A DNA stretch of 54,446 nt from a virus (IMGVR_UViG_3300022929_000034:1-54446); one strand, 5' to 3'. Positions 1 to 8,932 are shown, counted from the first letter of the stretch. Notes: generated from the letters alone by a model not told the origin. Translations and numbers: made by a program.

Positions 1-148
1 GTGGATGCGCCGTAGAAGTTGTCCCCGCCGGGTGCGTCCTTGCCTAGCCCGGTGCGCTTCATGCCCTCCTCGTACTGCTTGTCGCGCTCCTCACGGGCGT
101 TTTTGTCCTTGTCCAGCAGATTGACGTAGCGCATGCCCAAGCTGTTCA
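1..148. repeat. Terminal direct repeat / circular assembly overlap (left copy)
   Basis: Positions 2-148 match 54300-54446; exact from 23-148, with mismatches at positions 1 and 22. Implies a circular map of about 54,298 bp. Confidence 0.95.
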
Positions 149-344
149 GGTCGTAGCTGTCCATGGTCTCTACCATGTTGGAGTAAAAGTCAGGCGACTC
201 TTCCGGGCCGGACGTCTCCATGCTGACTACAGCAGAGCCGTCGGGCATCTCCACAACGTCGGATATGTCGTCAGGCAGCTCAACGTCCGCCGATCCGTCT
301 TCGTTCAGCTCGGGGTCGTTTAGATCGTCTTGTTCTGCCATCAT
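1..344 (-). CDS. Portal protein, N-terminal part (continues across the join into 54298..52192)
   Basis: ATG at 344 (or 341) overlaps the upstream stop. Reads MMAEQDDLNDPELNEDGSADVELPDD...LGMRYVNLLDKD, in frame with ORF 52192..54438; full length about 816 aa. Confidence 0.9.
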   Translation of the reverse strand, partial: MMAEQDDLNDPELNEDGSADVELPDDISDVVEMPDGSAVVSMETSGPEESPDFYSNMVETMDSYDLNSLGMRYVNLLDKDKNAREERDKQYEEGMKRTGLGKDAPGGDNFYGAS

Positions 345-3300
345 TTAACCTTTTTGGAATAGTGCTTCACGCTCATCAACTCGTACCGCATAGCATCGAG
401 GTTTGGTGAAACGGTGACTTGCTCTTTAGTGTAGCCCACGGGCTTGATGCTGCCGCCAGCAGCTTTGGTGATGTTGGGATTGGTCAAATCGTATGTACCT
501 TCATTGCCAATCGCAGATTTAATTTGAGTTGGCTCAAACGCAACCCAAGCATAAGGAGATTCATTTTTGGTAAGAGCGCCATGTTCATACTTTATGCCGT
601 CATAACCTTGGCTTTTTAACCAATTTGTTTTTTCTAAGTCACTTTTGCCGGGTAACTGCCAGTAATAGGGTCCTCCTTCAACCTCAATAAACGGGTTTTT
701 AATTGCCGCGTGAACTGGCATTACGTTTGCCCCTTCCCCCGCTTGTCTAGCATAAACATTTGCCACGCCGGGTGATTCCGCCAAATGAAACCCTGCCCCG
801 TAACCAACGCGTTTCAATTTACTCTTATCAAACTCTTCGATGTTTTTACCCGTGCCGTGGTACAACTGTTTTTTAATTGCGCTGCCTTCCAACATTTTGG
901 CTAGATTGGCTTCACGTTCTGCGGCTGGAAGGATAGTGCGCATTGCAACAGACATTGGCGCATTTGCAGCACCAACAAAACCAATATTTCCCGGCATAAA
1001 CGCTCCATATAACTGCCCTTCATTTGGCGCAGGCAACGATTTTGCATACGCTACCGGGTCCGTCACCAGCCGCTTCAGGTTGCCCGGGATCTTGGACACC
1101 ATGTCGTACGCGCCGCTCAACGACTTTTTGGCGTTGCCGATAGGATCAAATTCTTCTGCCTTGCCAAAATTAAATTGCTCGGACAGGGGTTTCACTTTGC
1201 CGCCGCCAGCCTTGCCCTGCGACGCCACCCAATCCTTGAAAGTCGGCATCTGGTTGGTGTTCACGTAGGTCATGGCCTCGTTGTACGCCTTGTGCAGCGC
1301 AGCCTGCTGGGCCAATTGCTCACGCATGGCAGCAAGCTGTGGACTCAATGGGCGCAGGGGCGGCACGGGTCCACCGTCGGCCATGTGGTTCACGTGCGCT
1401 TCGGCTTTCCACTCGTCGGGAGCCACCGTGCCGCCGCCAGCAAAGCCAAACTTCTTGGCCTTGAACGGCTGGGCCCGAGGCAGGTCCGCAAGCCCTGCGG
1501 CCTTGTTGATCTTGGCCACTTCCTTGTCGGTCAACACGCGGTTAACTTTCATCGACCCGCCAATCAGCCAATTGCCGGTCATGTTCGGGTTGGTCTTGTA
1601 GCGGTAGTGGCCGCCCTTGGGTATCTGGTCGGTGATGTGCGCCTTGACCGGGATTACCCGGCCCTGCGCATTGGTCCCGCGCTTGGTGGCCTCGGCCTGC
1701 CAATCCACGTCGTCCGGCATCTCGACCTCGGCCCACGCGTGATTCTCGGGGCGCACGTCGGGCGCGGTCAACGACGGGTCGGACTTCTCGCCAATGTGGG
1801 TAGCGATGGGCAGATCCCCGGCGTGCCAGCCCGGACGGTACGCCAGTGGGCCAATCTTGGACTTGACCTTGCCCTTGGCCATCTCGCCTTCCTTGGCGTC
1901 AATCCACTTGTCCATCTCCACCGGTGTGTTGGCGTCCACAAACAGCGGGAACAGTTTGCCGGGATGTTTGGGGTGCACGCGGAATAGCTTGTATGCCTTG
2001 ACCGTTTTCTTGGGCTCCTCGCCCTCTACGCTGCCGCCGTCGGCGTACAGCGGCACGCCGTTCTTGGTCACGTCCTCGCGCATCTCTGGGGTGATGGGGA
2101 ACGTATGAACAGGAACTTCCGTTTTTGCGCCTTGATGTGCATAGGCATGCTGCCGTACCATGTCTTGCTGCGCATTAGGCGGTAACGCTTGAAACTCTCT
2201 TTCAGTAAGCCCATGATGCTGTGCCGGGGTGCTGACGATTGACACCATGCCCGGTTGCACTTTTGCGCCGTACTTTTTGCCAAACTGGTTCAGGAAGTTG
2301 GGCACGATCTTGTCGTAGAAGCCCTTCATGCCTTCACCGCCGACTTGAAGGTCAAGGCCAGAATACTCTTGCTCACCATGCCCAATGTCTTTCCCTGCGC
2401 CTTCAATAATGCGCTGCGCCATTTCCTTGCCAACAAGCGGTTCAAGTTCAGATTTTGGAATGTTATCTCGTTTGATAACTTCTTTGCCGCTTTTATTGGC
2501 TGCCAAAGAATATGTTCCATCGTTTTCTTTGCCAACAATCATTGAATCAATATGCTTGGCCAAATTGTACCGATCCGCCTGCTCCGCGCCCGGCGTGATG
2601 GCAATAGAGTCGTAGCCGTTCTCGGCGGCGTGGTGGATCATCTTCTTGAGCGCCATCTCGTGCCAGTTCTTCTTGAACGGGGCATTGGGCACTTTCCCAG
2701 TTAATTTGCCTTGTGCAGCAATCCTTCTCGCGTACTGTTCGCTGTGTCCATCATCGTCAACGCTGCCGTCTGACCATCTGATTCCGTACTCATCTTCAGC
2801 AATTTTGTACGGCTCACCAGATAATCTTTTTGCTTCGCCCTCGGCTCGATAGCCATGTTCGCGTCCTTGCTGGTGCCAGTCGGACTGAAGTTCTTCGATG
2901 TGAAATATCTTCTCGCCGTTGGGCCCGGTACGGTCTTTGGCTCGGACGCTGGCCAGTATGTTGGGCGTGCCACCAAAATGGGTCTCTACGCCTTCAAACT
3001 TGCCTTTTGGGTGTTGCAACAATATCTCGCGGTAGTTCTTTCCACCCGGCAATGTGTATTGCTCGTGGAATGCTTGGTTCTCGTTGTCTCCATACAGCCG
3101 CTCTTCCCGCGTCAAATATCTGGGATCGTCCGTGCCATCATTGTTTGTCACTTTGGGCACCACGGGCGGCTTACTTTTCAGCGCCTCCATGAACTGCGCC
3201 CGCTCCATCTTGGGCAGGTTCATCAGCGCCTGTAGCCCACGGTCCTCGGCCTCCTGCGCCTTGTAGCCGGGCATCTTGCTCAACTCGGTCATGAACTCCG

Positions 3301-3364
3301 CGCCGGTCCCCTTTGGACGGGGCAGCGTTTGGGCCAACCGGTCGATAGGGGAGTAGAAGCTCAC
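341..3364 (-). CDS. Large polyvalent-type virion cargo protein with C-terminal ADP-ribosyltransferase-like domain
   Basis: 1007 aa. N-terminal module (LPGGKNYREILL...IEELQSDWHQQGR...GMKGFYD), middle module (KAYKLFR...AYRPGWH...YRYKTNPNM) and ART-PolyVal-like module (LYHGT...EFD...GAGFHLAESP.VA..YA...VMPV...NP...GYDGI). Modules are separated by AxGG motifs. Confidence 0.7.
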   Translation of the reverse strand: MSFYSPIDRLAQTLPRPKGTGAEFMTELSKMPGYKAQEAEDRGLQALMNLPKMERAQFMEALKSKPPVVPKVTNNDGTDDPRYLTREERLYGDNENQAFHEQYTLPGGKNYREILLQHPKGKFEGVETHFGGTPNILASVRAKDRTGPNGEKIFHIEELQSDWHQQGREHGYRAEGEAKRLSGEPYKIAEDEYGIRWSDGSVDDDGHSEQYARRIAAQGKLTGKVPNAPFKKNWHEMALKKMIHHAAENGYDSIAITPGAEQADRYNLAKHIDSMIVGKENDGTYSLAANKSGKEVIKRDNIPKSELEPLVGKEMAQRIIEGAGKDIGHGEQEYSGLDLQVGGEGMKGFYDKIVPNFLNQFGKKYGAKVQPGMVSIVSTPAQHHGLTEREFQALPPNAQQDMVRQHAYAHQGAKTEVPVHTFPITPEMREDVTKNGVPLYADGGSVEGEEPKKTVKAYKLFRVHPKHPGKLFPLFVDANTPVEMDKWIDAKEGEMAKGKVKSKIGPLAYRPGWHAGDLPIATHIGEKSDPSLTAPDVRPENHAWAEVEMPDDVDWQAEATKRGTNAQGRVIPVKAHITDQIPKGGHYRYKTNPNMTGNWLIGGSMKVNRVLTDKEVAKINKAAGLADLPRAQPFKAKKFGFAGGGTVAPDEWKAEAHVNHMADGGPVPPLRPLSPQLAAMREQLAQQAALHKAYNEAMTYVNTNQMPTFKDWVASQGKAGGGKVKPLSEQFNFGKAEEFDPIGNAKKSLSGAYDMVSKIPGNLKRLVTDPVAYAKSLPAPNEGQLYGAFMPGNIGFVGAANAPMSVAMRTILPAAEREANLAKMLEGSAIKKQLYHGTGKNIEEFDKSKLKRVGYGAGFHLAESPGVANVYARQAGEGANVMPVHAAIKNPFIEVEGGPYYWQLPGKSDLEKTNWLKSQGYDGIKYEHGALTKNESPYAWVAFEPTQIKSAIGNEGTYDLTNPNITKAAGGSIKPVGYTKEQVTVSPNLDAMRYELMSVKHYSKKVK

Positions 3365-5097
3365 AGTGGGCGCTCCGTCATTTGGATGTCATGGGTCGAT
3401 CCGCCGCGCGCCATGCGTGGCCCTGTAGGGCCGGGGCGCTGTGGCATGGCCTGTGGGTTCGGCCGCATGGCCTGCATGGCTTGGCCTTGGGGCGTCAATG
3501 CAAGGATGTTGCTTTGGGGTGCCCCGGGCCGTGGTGGAGGGGCTGGTGACTGTCCGAGCATAGCTGGTGACTGTCCGAGCATAGCTGGTGGCTGCCCGGG
3601 CGGTGGCGGCAGGCCACCCTGCGGCTGGCCGGGCTGCATGGGCATCATCTGGTTGCCGGGCGTCAGGGGCTGGAAGTCCACGCCACCAATAGGTAAGCCC
3701 TCGCCGTTGCCGCCGTTGGGCGACACGAACGCTTTGATGGGCAGGTCGGGTGCCTCATTGACGCCGACGTCCTTGATGTTCATCAAGTTGGGTGCCTTGT
3801 GCATCATCAGGCTGGCCAACATGGTGTCCTTGTCGGGTTCAACATGGCCGCCGTCAGCATATCCAACGGCTCCGCCCTCTGCTTTGCCAGCATAGGCTTT
3901 GCCGGTCAACAGCATGTCGCGGGCGGTCTCAGGTGTTACGCCAAGGCGATGCGCGGTCATCATGATGTTGCGGGCCAGCAGCTCTAGCTTGCCTGCGCCA
4001 ATTGGTGTGTCCACGCCGGTCTGCGGTGCAAACGTGCCCCATGCGCGTCCTTGCGCTGGGCCAGCCTCAAGGCCGAGCTTGGCGGCGATCTGTTCGCGCC
4101 ACCACGGCGCAAGCAAGGTCATCTCAGGGTTGGTAACACTCGCCCCGGGGATTGCCTCTCGGCCCTTGACCATTTTGCGGTTGCGGGTGTCGGCCAATCC
4201 AACGCCACGGCTCCAGTGCGCGTCACCAACAGGAGTTGCTGTTTGGAAACCGGTCTCCGGTACGCCGCTGGATTGGATGTAGAGCGGCACCTTGGGCGTT
4301 TTCATGGTCATTTCACCAGACGCCAGATACTTGTCCATTGGTCCGGCTTGGGCGGTCTTGTGGTACGCGTGGCCGGGCACGTTGCGGATGTCTGCCGGAA
4401 ACCTGCGAGTGCGCTTGTCCTCGGCTTTACCGGCGTGCTTCAGGAACTCACCAAAACGCCCCTGAGTGCTCATCATGTAGGCCGCTGTTCCACGCGGAAT
4501 CTCGGTCATGACCTCGCTGGCCGGAGATGCCATGCCCATCAAATGGTTGAGCTTGTCGTACTCACGTATGGCGTTTTCCTTGCCAATGAGCTGCGCCATG
4601 CGCTGAAACGCCGGGTCCATGATGTACCACGGGTCCATGCCTTGGATCAGCGCGTGGTGCTTCTCGGCCTCCCCTAGCACGTCAAGAATGCGTTGCTCGT
4701 TTCTAGACGTCATCACCTTGGCGGCGGCTTCCGATCCTCGTGGCTTGGCGGCGGCACCGGGTAGAGTGCCCGGCAGGTTACCCTTACGGCCCTTGCCCAT
4801 TTGGAACAAGTCCTCGCGGGTGACGCCGAACAAACGCTTGAGCGATGGATCTTCTGGCTCTACGCGGGCAGCCGCTTCTTTGGCGATCACGTCCGGGCGT
4901 TTGTATATCCCGGGAAACGCGTTGCGCTGGGGGTTGTTGACGGTCTGGGTTTTAGGGTCTAGCGCTGCCTTGGCGGCTGCCACGCGGGGGCTGTCAACAA
5001 TATTGCCGTCATCGTCATCATCCGGTTGGCCACCGCCTTTTAGATGCCGAGTCCGGCTCATCAGCTCACGCAGCATCTGCTCGATTGACAGTTTCAC
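3361..5097 (-). CDS. Putative virion cargo protein with HhH DNA-glycosylase-like core and P/Q-rich tail
   Basis: 578 aa. Spaced motifs WY...ASP...K...VGDAHWSR...AQGRAW resemble phage HhH-glycosylase-like proteins; four AxGG-type motifs flank the core. Confidence 0.5.
   Translation of the reverse strand: MKLSIEQMLRELMSRTRHLKGGGQPDDDDDGNIVDSPRVAAAKAALDPKTQTVNNPQRNAFPGIYKRPDVIAKEAAARVEPEDPSLKRLFGVTREDLFQMGKGRKGNLPGTLPGAAAKPRGSEAAAKVMTSRNEQRILDVLGEAEKHHALIQGMDPWYIMDPAFQRMAQLIGKENAIREYDKLNHLMGMASPASEVMTEIPRGTAAYMMSTQGRFGEFLKHAGKAEDKRTRRFPADIRNVPGHAYHKTAQAGPMDKYLASGEMTMKTPKVPLYIQSSGVPETGFQTATPVGDAHWSRGVGLADTRNRKMVKGREAIPGASVTNPEMTLLAPWWREQIAAKLGLEAGPAQGRAWGTFAPQTGVDTPIGAGKLELLARNIMMTAHRLGVTPETARDMLLTGKAYAGKAEGGAVGYADGGHVEPDKDTMLASLMMHKAPNLMNIKDVGVNEAPDLPIKAFVSPNGGNGEGLPIGGVDFQPLTPGNQMMPMQPGQPQGGLPPPPGQPPAMLGQSPAMLGQSPAPPPRPGAPQSNILALTPQGQAMQAMRPNPQAMPQRPGPTGPRMARGGSTHDIQMTERPL
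3542..3590. repeat. 21-bp tandem duplication encoding PAMLGQS x2
   Basis: gctggtgactgtccgagcata twice plus a partial third copy. Confidence 0.9.
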
Positions 5098-6590
5098 GTT
5101 GATTCCTTTCGTACCGGTAACGCGCCGAATACTGCCGCCATGGGCATGCTGGTGTTGCGCTGGAGTATGCCACCGTAGCCGTGCTCGTGTGCCATGCGCT
5201 CTAAGTCGCTGAATGCGCCTTGCGGGTCAGCGATGCCCTGATTGTATTTGGCCGTCCATGGGGTGATGTTGTGCTCGATGGCCAGTCGGTGCAGCTTGTC
5301 GGGGTCTGCCGCCACGTCGTACAGGTCGCTGGCGTGCGCGGTGTAACGGTGGGGCCCAAGGCCGGGCTCACCACGTTCGGGTTTGCCAACGTAGAAGTGC
5401 GTCCGGTTTCGGATCGCGCCGGGCTCGGACAATCGTTGTTCTTCCCGGCCCTTGATGCCGGTCCCGTAGTAGCGCGGGTCGGTTTGGACTAGGCTGGGCT
5501 CGTTGCTGAAGTGGGTCAGCTCGGCGCTGGTCGGGTTTTTGGGTTTGATCAGGTGCCGGATGTAGGACGGAATGGCCCCGGCGTAGTCACCCCGGTTCAT
5601 CTCAGGCGGCAGCAGGATAGGCGATTGCGGCCCATAGGTAAAGTGGTTTGACAGCAGATCTTTCTTCAGCTCAAGGAAGCGCTGGGCCTGCGCGGTGTCT
5701 CGGCTGCGCATGGCATGGTAGGCGGCCTCATCCAGCTTGCGGACCTGCTGCTTGATCTCAGCGTTCAGCCCGGTGTAGTTGACCACGCTGTTTTGTCCAC
5801 GAGTCTCGGTGGTCATGGCGGCCTGCGCCAGCGGGCTGTACATGCCGGAGTGCGCCGCCCATGCCTTCTCTTCGCCCTTGGGTCCAAACTCGTTGCCGTG
5901 CAAGGCGTGGCCGTACAGGTCGTGGACCGCCCGGAACATCTCAGTGTCGTTGAGCCCGGTGGCCGGATCGACGTTGTTCATCATGGGGTGGGGCTCACCG
6001 CCTTGAAACACGTACAGGTGCTTGTTGCCATGCACGTCACGCAGCATTTCCTTGCTGGAGCTGTAGTTGCCCTCGCCGTTGCGGTGAAAGCTCATGTTCA
6101 GGGGCAGCGTGTCAAACTGCTGCTTGGTCTCACGGTTCAGATGGCCGTAGGCTTTGGTTACCAGCTCGTCGTAGTCGCGGGCATCGCCCACATGTTTGGG
6201 CATTTTGCGCTTGTAGGCGTCATAGACGGCCTTTTTGTACTCCGGTCCGCCCTCGGTGGCCAACATGAAGGTGCGGCCTATGGGGGCCTGCTTGCGCAGG
6301 GAGCTTTCGCTATTCTCAATCGGGGCGTAGGCCCGGCCAAGGTTCTGTCTGGTGTAGGTGTCGGCGGCCCGGTGAAATGGCGTCGCGCCGGTCTGGATCA
6401 GGCTGCGGATTTCCTCATCCGAAGGTGGTTGCGGAACTGGGCCTCGTGATAGGCCGCGTGCATCTTGGGTATCGGACCCACCCGTTTCTCGTAGTCCTTG
6501 AGCTCTTGCGCTATTTTTTTCAATAGAGCGCGGGCGGACTCGCCAGAATGGTCCTTCTTGTGCTGTGTCATATTGCGCCTCAGTGTTCAT
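5094..6590 (-). CDS. Putative zincin-like metallopeptidase (HDxxGH...E) fused to a possible ART-like domain
   Basis: 498 aa. FRAVHDLYGH...FGPKGEEKAW, then a C-terminal THFS...DP..YGTGIKGRE...RTHFY...LYD...GYGG module. Confidence 0.45.
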   Translation of the reverse strand: MNTEAQYDTAQEGPFWRVRPRSIEKNSARAQGLRETGGSDTQDARGLSRGPVPQPPSDEEIRSLIQTGATPFHRAADTYTRQNLGRAYAPIENSESSLRKQAPIGRTFMLATEGGPEYKKAVYDAYKRKMPKHVGDARDYDELVTKAYGHLNRETKQQFDTLPLNMSFHRNGEGNYSSSKEMLRDVHGNKHLYVFQGGEPHPMMNNVDPATGLNDTEMFRAVHDLYGHALHGNEFGPKGEEKAWAAHSGMYSPLAQAAMTTETRGQNSVVNYTGLNAEIKQQVRKLDEAAYHAMRSRDTAQAQRFLELKKDLLSNHFTYGPQSPILLPPEMNRGDYAGAIPSYIRHLIKPKNPTSAELTHFSNEPSLVQTDPRYYGTGIKGREEQRLSEPGAIRNRTHFYVGKPERGEPGLGPHRYTAHASDLYDVAADPDKLHRLAIEHNITPWTAKYNQGIADPQGAFSDLERMAHEHGYGGILQRNTSMPMAAVFGALPVRKEST

Positions 6591-6622
6591 GGCGGTTGGT
6601 TAGATAGGGTTTGACGCGCATT

Positions 6623-8038
6623 CTACGCGGCATAGGGATTCTCGCGGCTTGGGCCGCCCGCGTCAATGTAGTCCTCCTCGTCCACCCACTCGCGGGGGAA
6701 GTCGATGCTGATCCAGCCCGCATCGCGCAAGAAGCGCAGGGCTTGGCTGATGCAGTCCACGTACTCGTCGTGCGCCGTGTTGGGGAACGAGCATATCTGG
6801 CTGACCATGCCCTCGGCCCAGTCCCGCACGTAGCCCTTGCGCACGCTGCTCTCCGGCACCCATACGCGCCCGGCCTTGATGATGTTGGCCACGATGCTCA
6901 GGCGCTGGCTCTTGTCGGCCCGCCCCGGGTTGTAGCCGCGCACCGGCAGCCCGGCCCGCTGCAGGTCCTGTATCAGCGAGATGCCTGCCGCCTTGTCCTC
7001 GACCAGCAGCAGGTCCACGCGCTTCTTCTCGCGCCCCTCGCCGTACACGGTCTCGTACTCGTCGATGATCTTGGGCCGCAGGTCGGGGTAGGTCAGCTTC
7101 TCCTGCCAGCAGTCGATCACCATCACGCACATGCCGCCGTCCAGCGGCTTGAACACGCCCAGCGTGATGTTGCCGGTCGGGTCGCTGGCCTCCTTGTCCT
7201 TGTAGCCGCAGTCGTAGGACTGGATCACGTACTCGAACTTGGGGAAGGGCTTGCCGTCTGGCCACAGCCGGAACCAGTCCCGGTGGACGATCCCGCCCTC
7301 CTCGGGGTCAATAATCTCTGCATGTATCTCTTGCCGACCAAGGTTGGTGCCCTCGTACTGCAGGATCTGCTTTTGGAACGACGGGGCTAGGTTGGCGATG
7401 TTGGCGTAGGTCGAGGCGCGCGTGATCACCACGTCGTCGCCCTCGCGGCTGATCAGGTCCAGCACCACGTCCTTGGGCTTGGGCGTGGTCGAGCAGATCA
7501 GCTTGGTGCGCTGGCCCAGCCGGATGCCGAACATGATCATGTCCCAGCTCTCCTGCAGGTAGTCCCACGCGGCCAGCTCGTCCAGCCACCCGCCGTGGAA
7601 CTGCGGGCCCCTGAACCTTTCGGGCTCGGACGCCGGGATGCCCTTGATCAGGCTGCCGTTGACCAGCACCAGCTCATGCAGCGACTTGTTGTAGTCCTTG
7701 ATCAACACCGGGGGGATCACCGATAGCAGCCCGCTATCGCCCTCGAAGCAGGTCGCGCGCAGGTCACTCGATGTTGGGGCCGACACCAGCCACCGGGTGT
7801 TGGGGTTCTGCCATGCCCACCAGCCTAGGTTCTCGGCGGCCGCGCGCGTCTTGCCCGCGCCCCGGCCTGCGACCATCAAATGGATATTCCACCAAGTGCC
7901 GAGCGGTTCGAGCTGGTGCTTGTGCGCGGCCAGCAGCCACTTGGCGCGCCAGTCGAACGCGGCGCGGTGCTCAACGGGCAGCTTGGCGTACTGCGCCCGC
8001 ACCTGCGGGTCGCGCAGCAGTTCAGCTAGGTTGCCCAT
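6623..8038 (-). CDS. terL: Terminase large subunit
   Basis: Walker A AGRGAGKT, RGPQFHGGWLDE (Walker B), C-terminal nuclease with SYD, VEDKAAG and HDEYVD. Start placed at ATG 8038 rather than 8098. Confidence 0.95.
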   Translation of the reverse strand: MGNLAELLRDPQVRAQYAKLPVEHRAAFDWRAKWLLAAHKHQLEPLGTWWNIHLMVAGRGAGKTRAAAENLGWWAWQNPNTRWLVSAPTSSDLRATCFEGDSGLLSVIPPVLIKDYNKSLHELVLVNGSLIKGIPASEPERFRGPQFHGGWLDELAAWDYLQESWDMIMFGIRLGQRTKLICSTTPKPKDVVLDLISREGDDVVITRASTYANIANLAPSFQKQILQYEGTNLGRQEIHAEIIDPEEGGIVHRDWFRLWPDGKPFPKFEYVIQSYDCGYKDKEASDPTGNITLGVFKPLDGGMCVMVIDCWQEKLTYPDLRPKIIDEYETVYGEGREKKRVDLLLVEDKAAGISLIQDLQRAGLPVRGYNPGRADKSQRLSIVANIIKAGRVWVPESSVRKGYVRDWAEGMVSQICSFPNTAHDEYVDCISQALRFLRDAGWISIDFPREWVDEEDYIDAGGPSRENPYAA

Positions 8039-8525
8039 CGTGGCGCAGCAGCTCGATGTTGGTGAGCATCGCGTCGAACGTGACGAAGTCCACGGCAATC
8101 TTCACCGGAGCATCAGGGTCGCCCGCCAGCACCGTCTTGTCGCCGTACTTGCGCGGGTTCCACTTGGCCAACAGCTTTAGGCGCGTCTCAATCTGGTTCT
8201 TGCGCCACGCGATGCTGCCGGGGTCGTAGCGCTTGTTGCCCTGCTCGTCGAACACAGCCAGCGGCTCTGTATCCGCAAGCGCTGCGCACTCGTCGGCTAT
8301 AGCATCGTGCCCCGTCTCCCGTGCGTGCGCGATGCGCTGGGCGAATTCCGCGTCTTCTTGCTCCCAGTCGTACAGCACTGTGTTGTGCGGCATGCCCTTC
8401 TGGCGGCAGAACTCACGCAGCGTCTTGCCCTGCGCAATCCACGCCACCAGATCAATCTTGATCTGCTCCTTGTTGGGATAGGGTGAGATGCCCTTGGGCC
8501 TGCCTATCTTCTTACCAGTTGCCAT
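8022..8525 (-). CDS. terS: Terminase small subunit
   Basis: GRP...WIAQGKTLREFC...W...FAQRIAHARE.G.D...KWNPRKYGDK pattern; directly upstream of terL. Confidence 0.9.
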   Translation of the reverse strand: MATGKKIGRPKGISPYPNKEQIKIDLVAWIAQGKTLREFCRQKGMPHNTVLYDWEQEDAEFAQRIAHARETGHDAIADECAALADTEPLAVFDEQGNKRYDPGSIAWRKNQIETRLKLLAKWNPRKYGDKTVLAGDPDAPVKIAVDFVTFDAMLTNIELLRHDGQPS

Positions 8526-8537
8526 TTGTGCCCTTCA

Positions 8538-8553
8538 GCGCATCTTGCAGCGC
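8538..8553 (-). promoter_or_regulatory. boxB-like RNA hairpin in terS leader
   Basis: Minus strand GCGC-UGCAAGAU-GCGC; same form as the two hairpins at 51817-51854. Confidence 0.45.
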
Positions 8554-8561
8554 GTTTAAGT

Positions 8562-8721
8562 TGTTGGCGGCTACTCGCCGATATCTTCACGGGAGGGCAC
8601 GGGGCTAGTCCTCGGCACCCATAGCGGGGTAATCACTTTCGCCAACACGGATGGAGGCTGGCCCTTACTAGCGGCTCCGTCGATCACGGCAATATGCCGG
8701 GACCAGTCCCCATGCGTGTTG
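8562..8721 (-). ncRNA. Candidate structured RNA upstream of terS (long hairpin plus loop-E-like domain)
   Basis: Minus strand CAACACG.AUGGGGACUGGUCC pairs with GGCCAGCCUCCAU.CGUGUUG, followed by GGC-GAAAGUG...GCGAGUA-GCC. No convincing ORF here. Confidence 0.5.
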
Positions 8722-8749
8722 ACGCCCGGCTGCCCGGGCTGTCCGCAGT

Positions 8750-8932
8750 TTAGCAAAGAACGTAGGGCGTGTCCTGCGGCAGGCCCTCGAGGGCCAGCAG
8801 CTCGTCGATGGCCTTCTTCTCGGTGTGGCCCCACGCCCACGGCGCGCGGTCCTCGGGATCACCGCTGCCCAGCGTGGCGACGTGCCGCATGTAGAGGTCA
8901 TTGAACTCCACGTGGATCTGGACCGGGCTCAC
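8750..8932 (-). CDS. Hypothetical protein
   Basis: 60 aa; start overlaps the upstream stop. Confidence 0.6.
   Translation of the reverse strand: MSPVQIHVEFNDLYMRHVATLGSGDPEDRAPWAWGHTEKKAIDELLALEGLPQDTPYVLC

Noticed and set aside
1-148. Biological terminal repeat or duplicated portal fragment
   Set aside because: It falls mid-gene with mismatches only at the extreme contig start; most simply an assembly overlap of a circular or permuted genome.
8039-8098. N-terminal extension of TerL in the ORF track
   Set aside because: Overlaps terS in another frame; ATG 8038 is more plausible.
8562-8721. tRNA or hammerhead ribozyme
   Set aside because: No cloverleaf with a TTC T-loop and no CUGANGA core was found.
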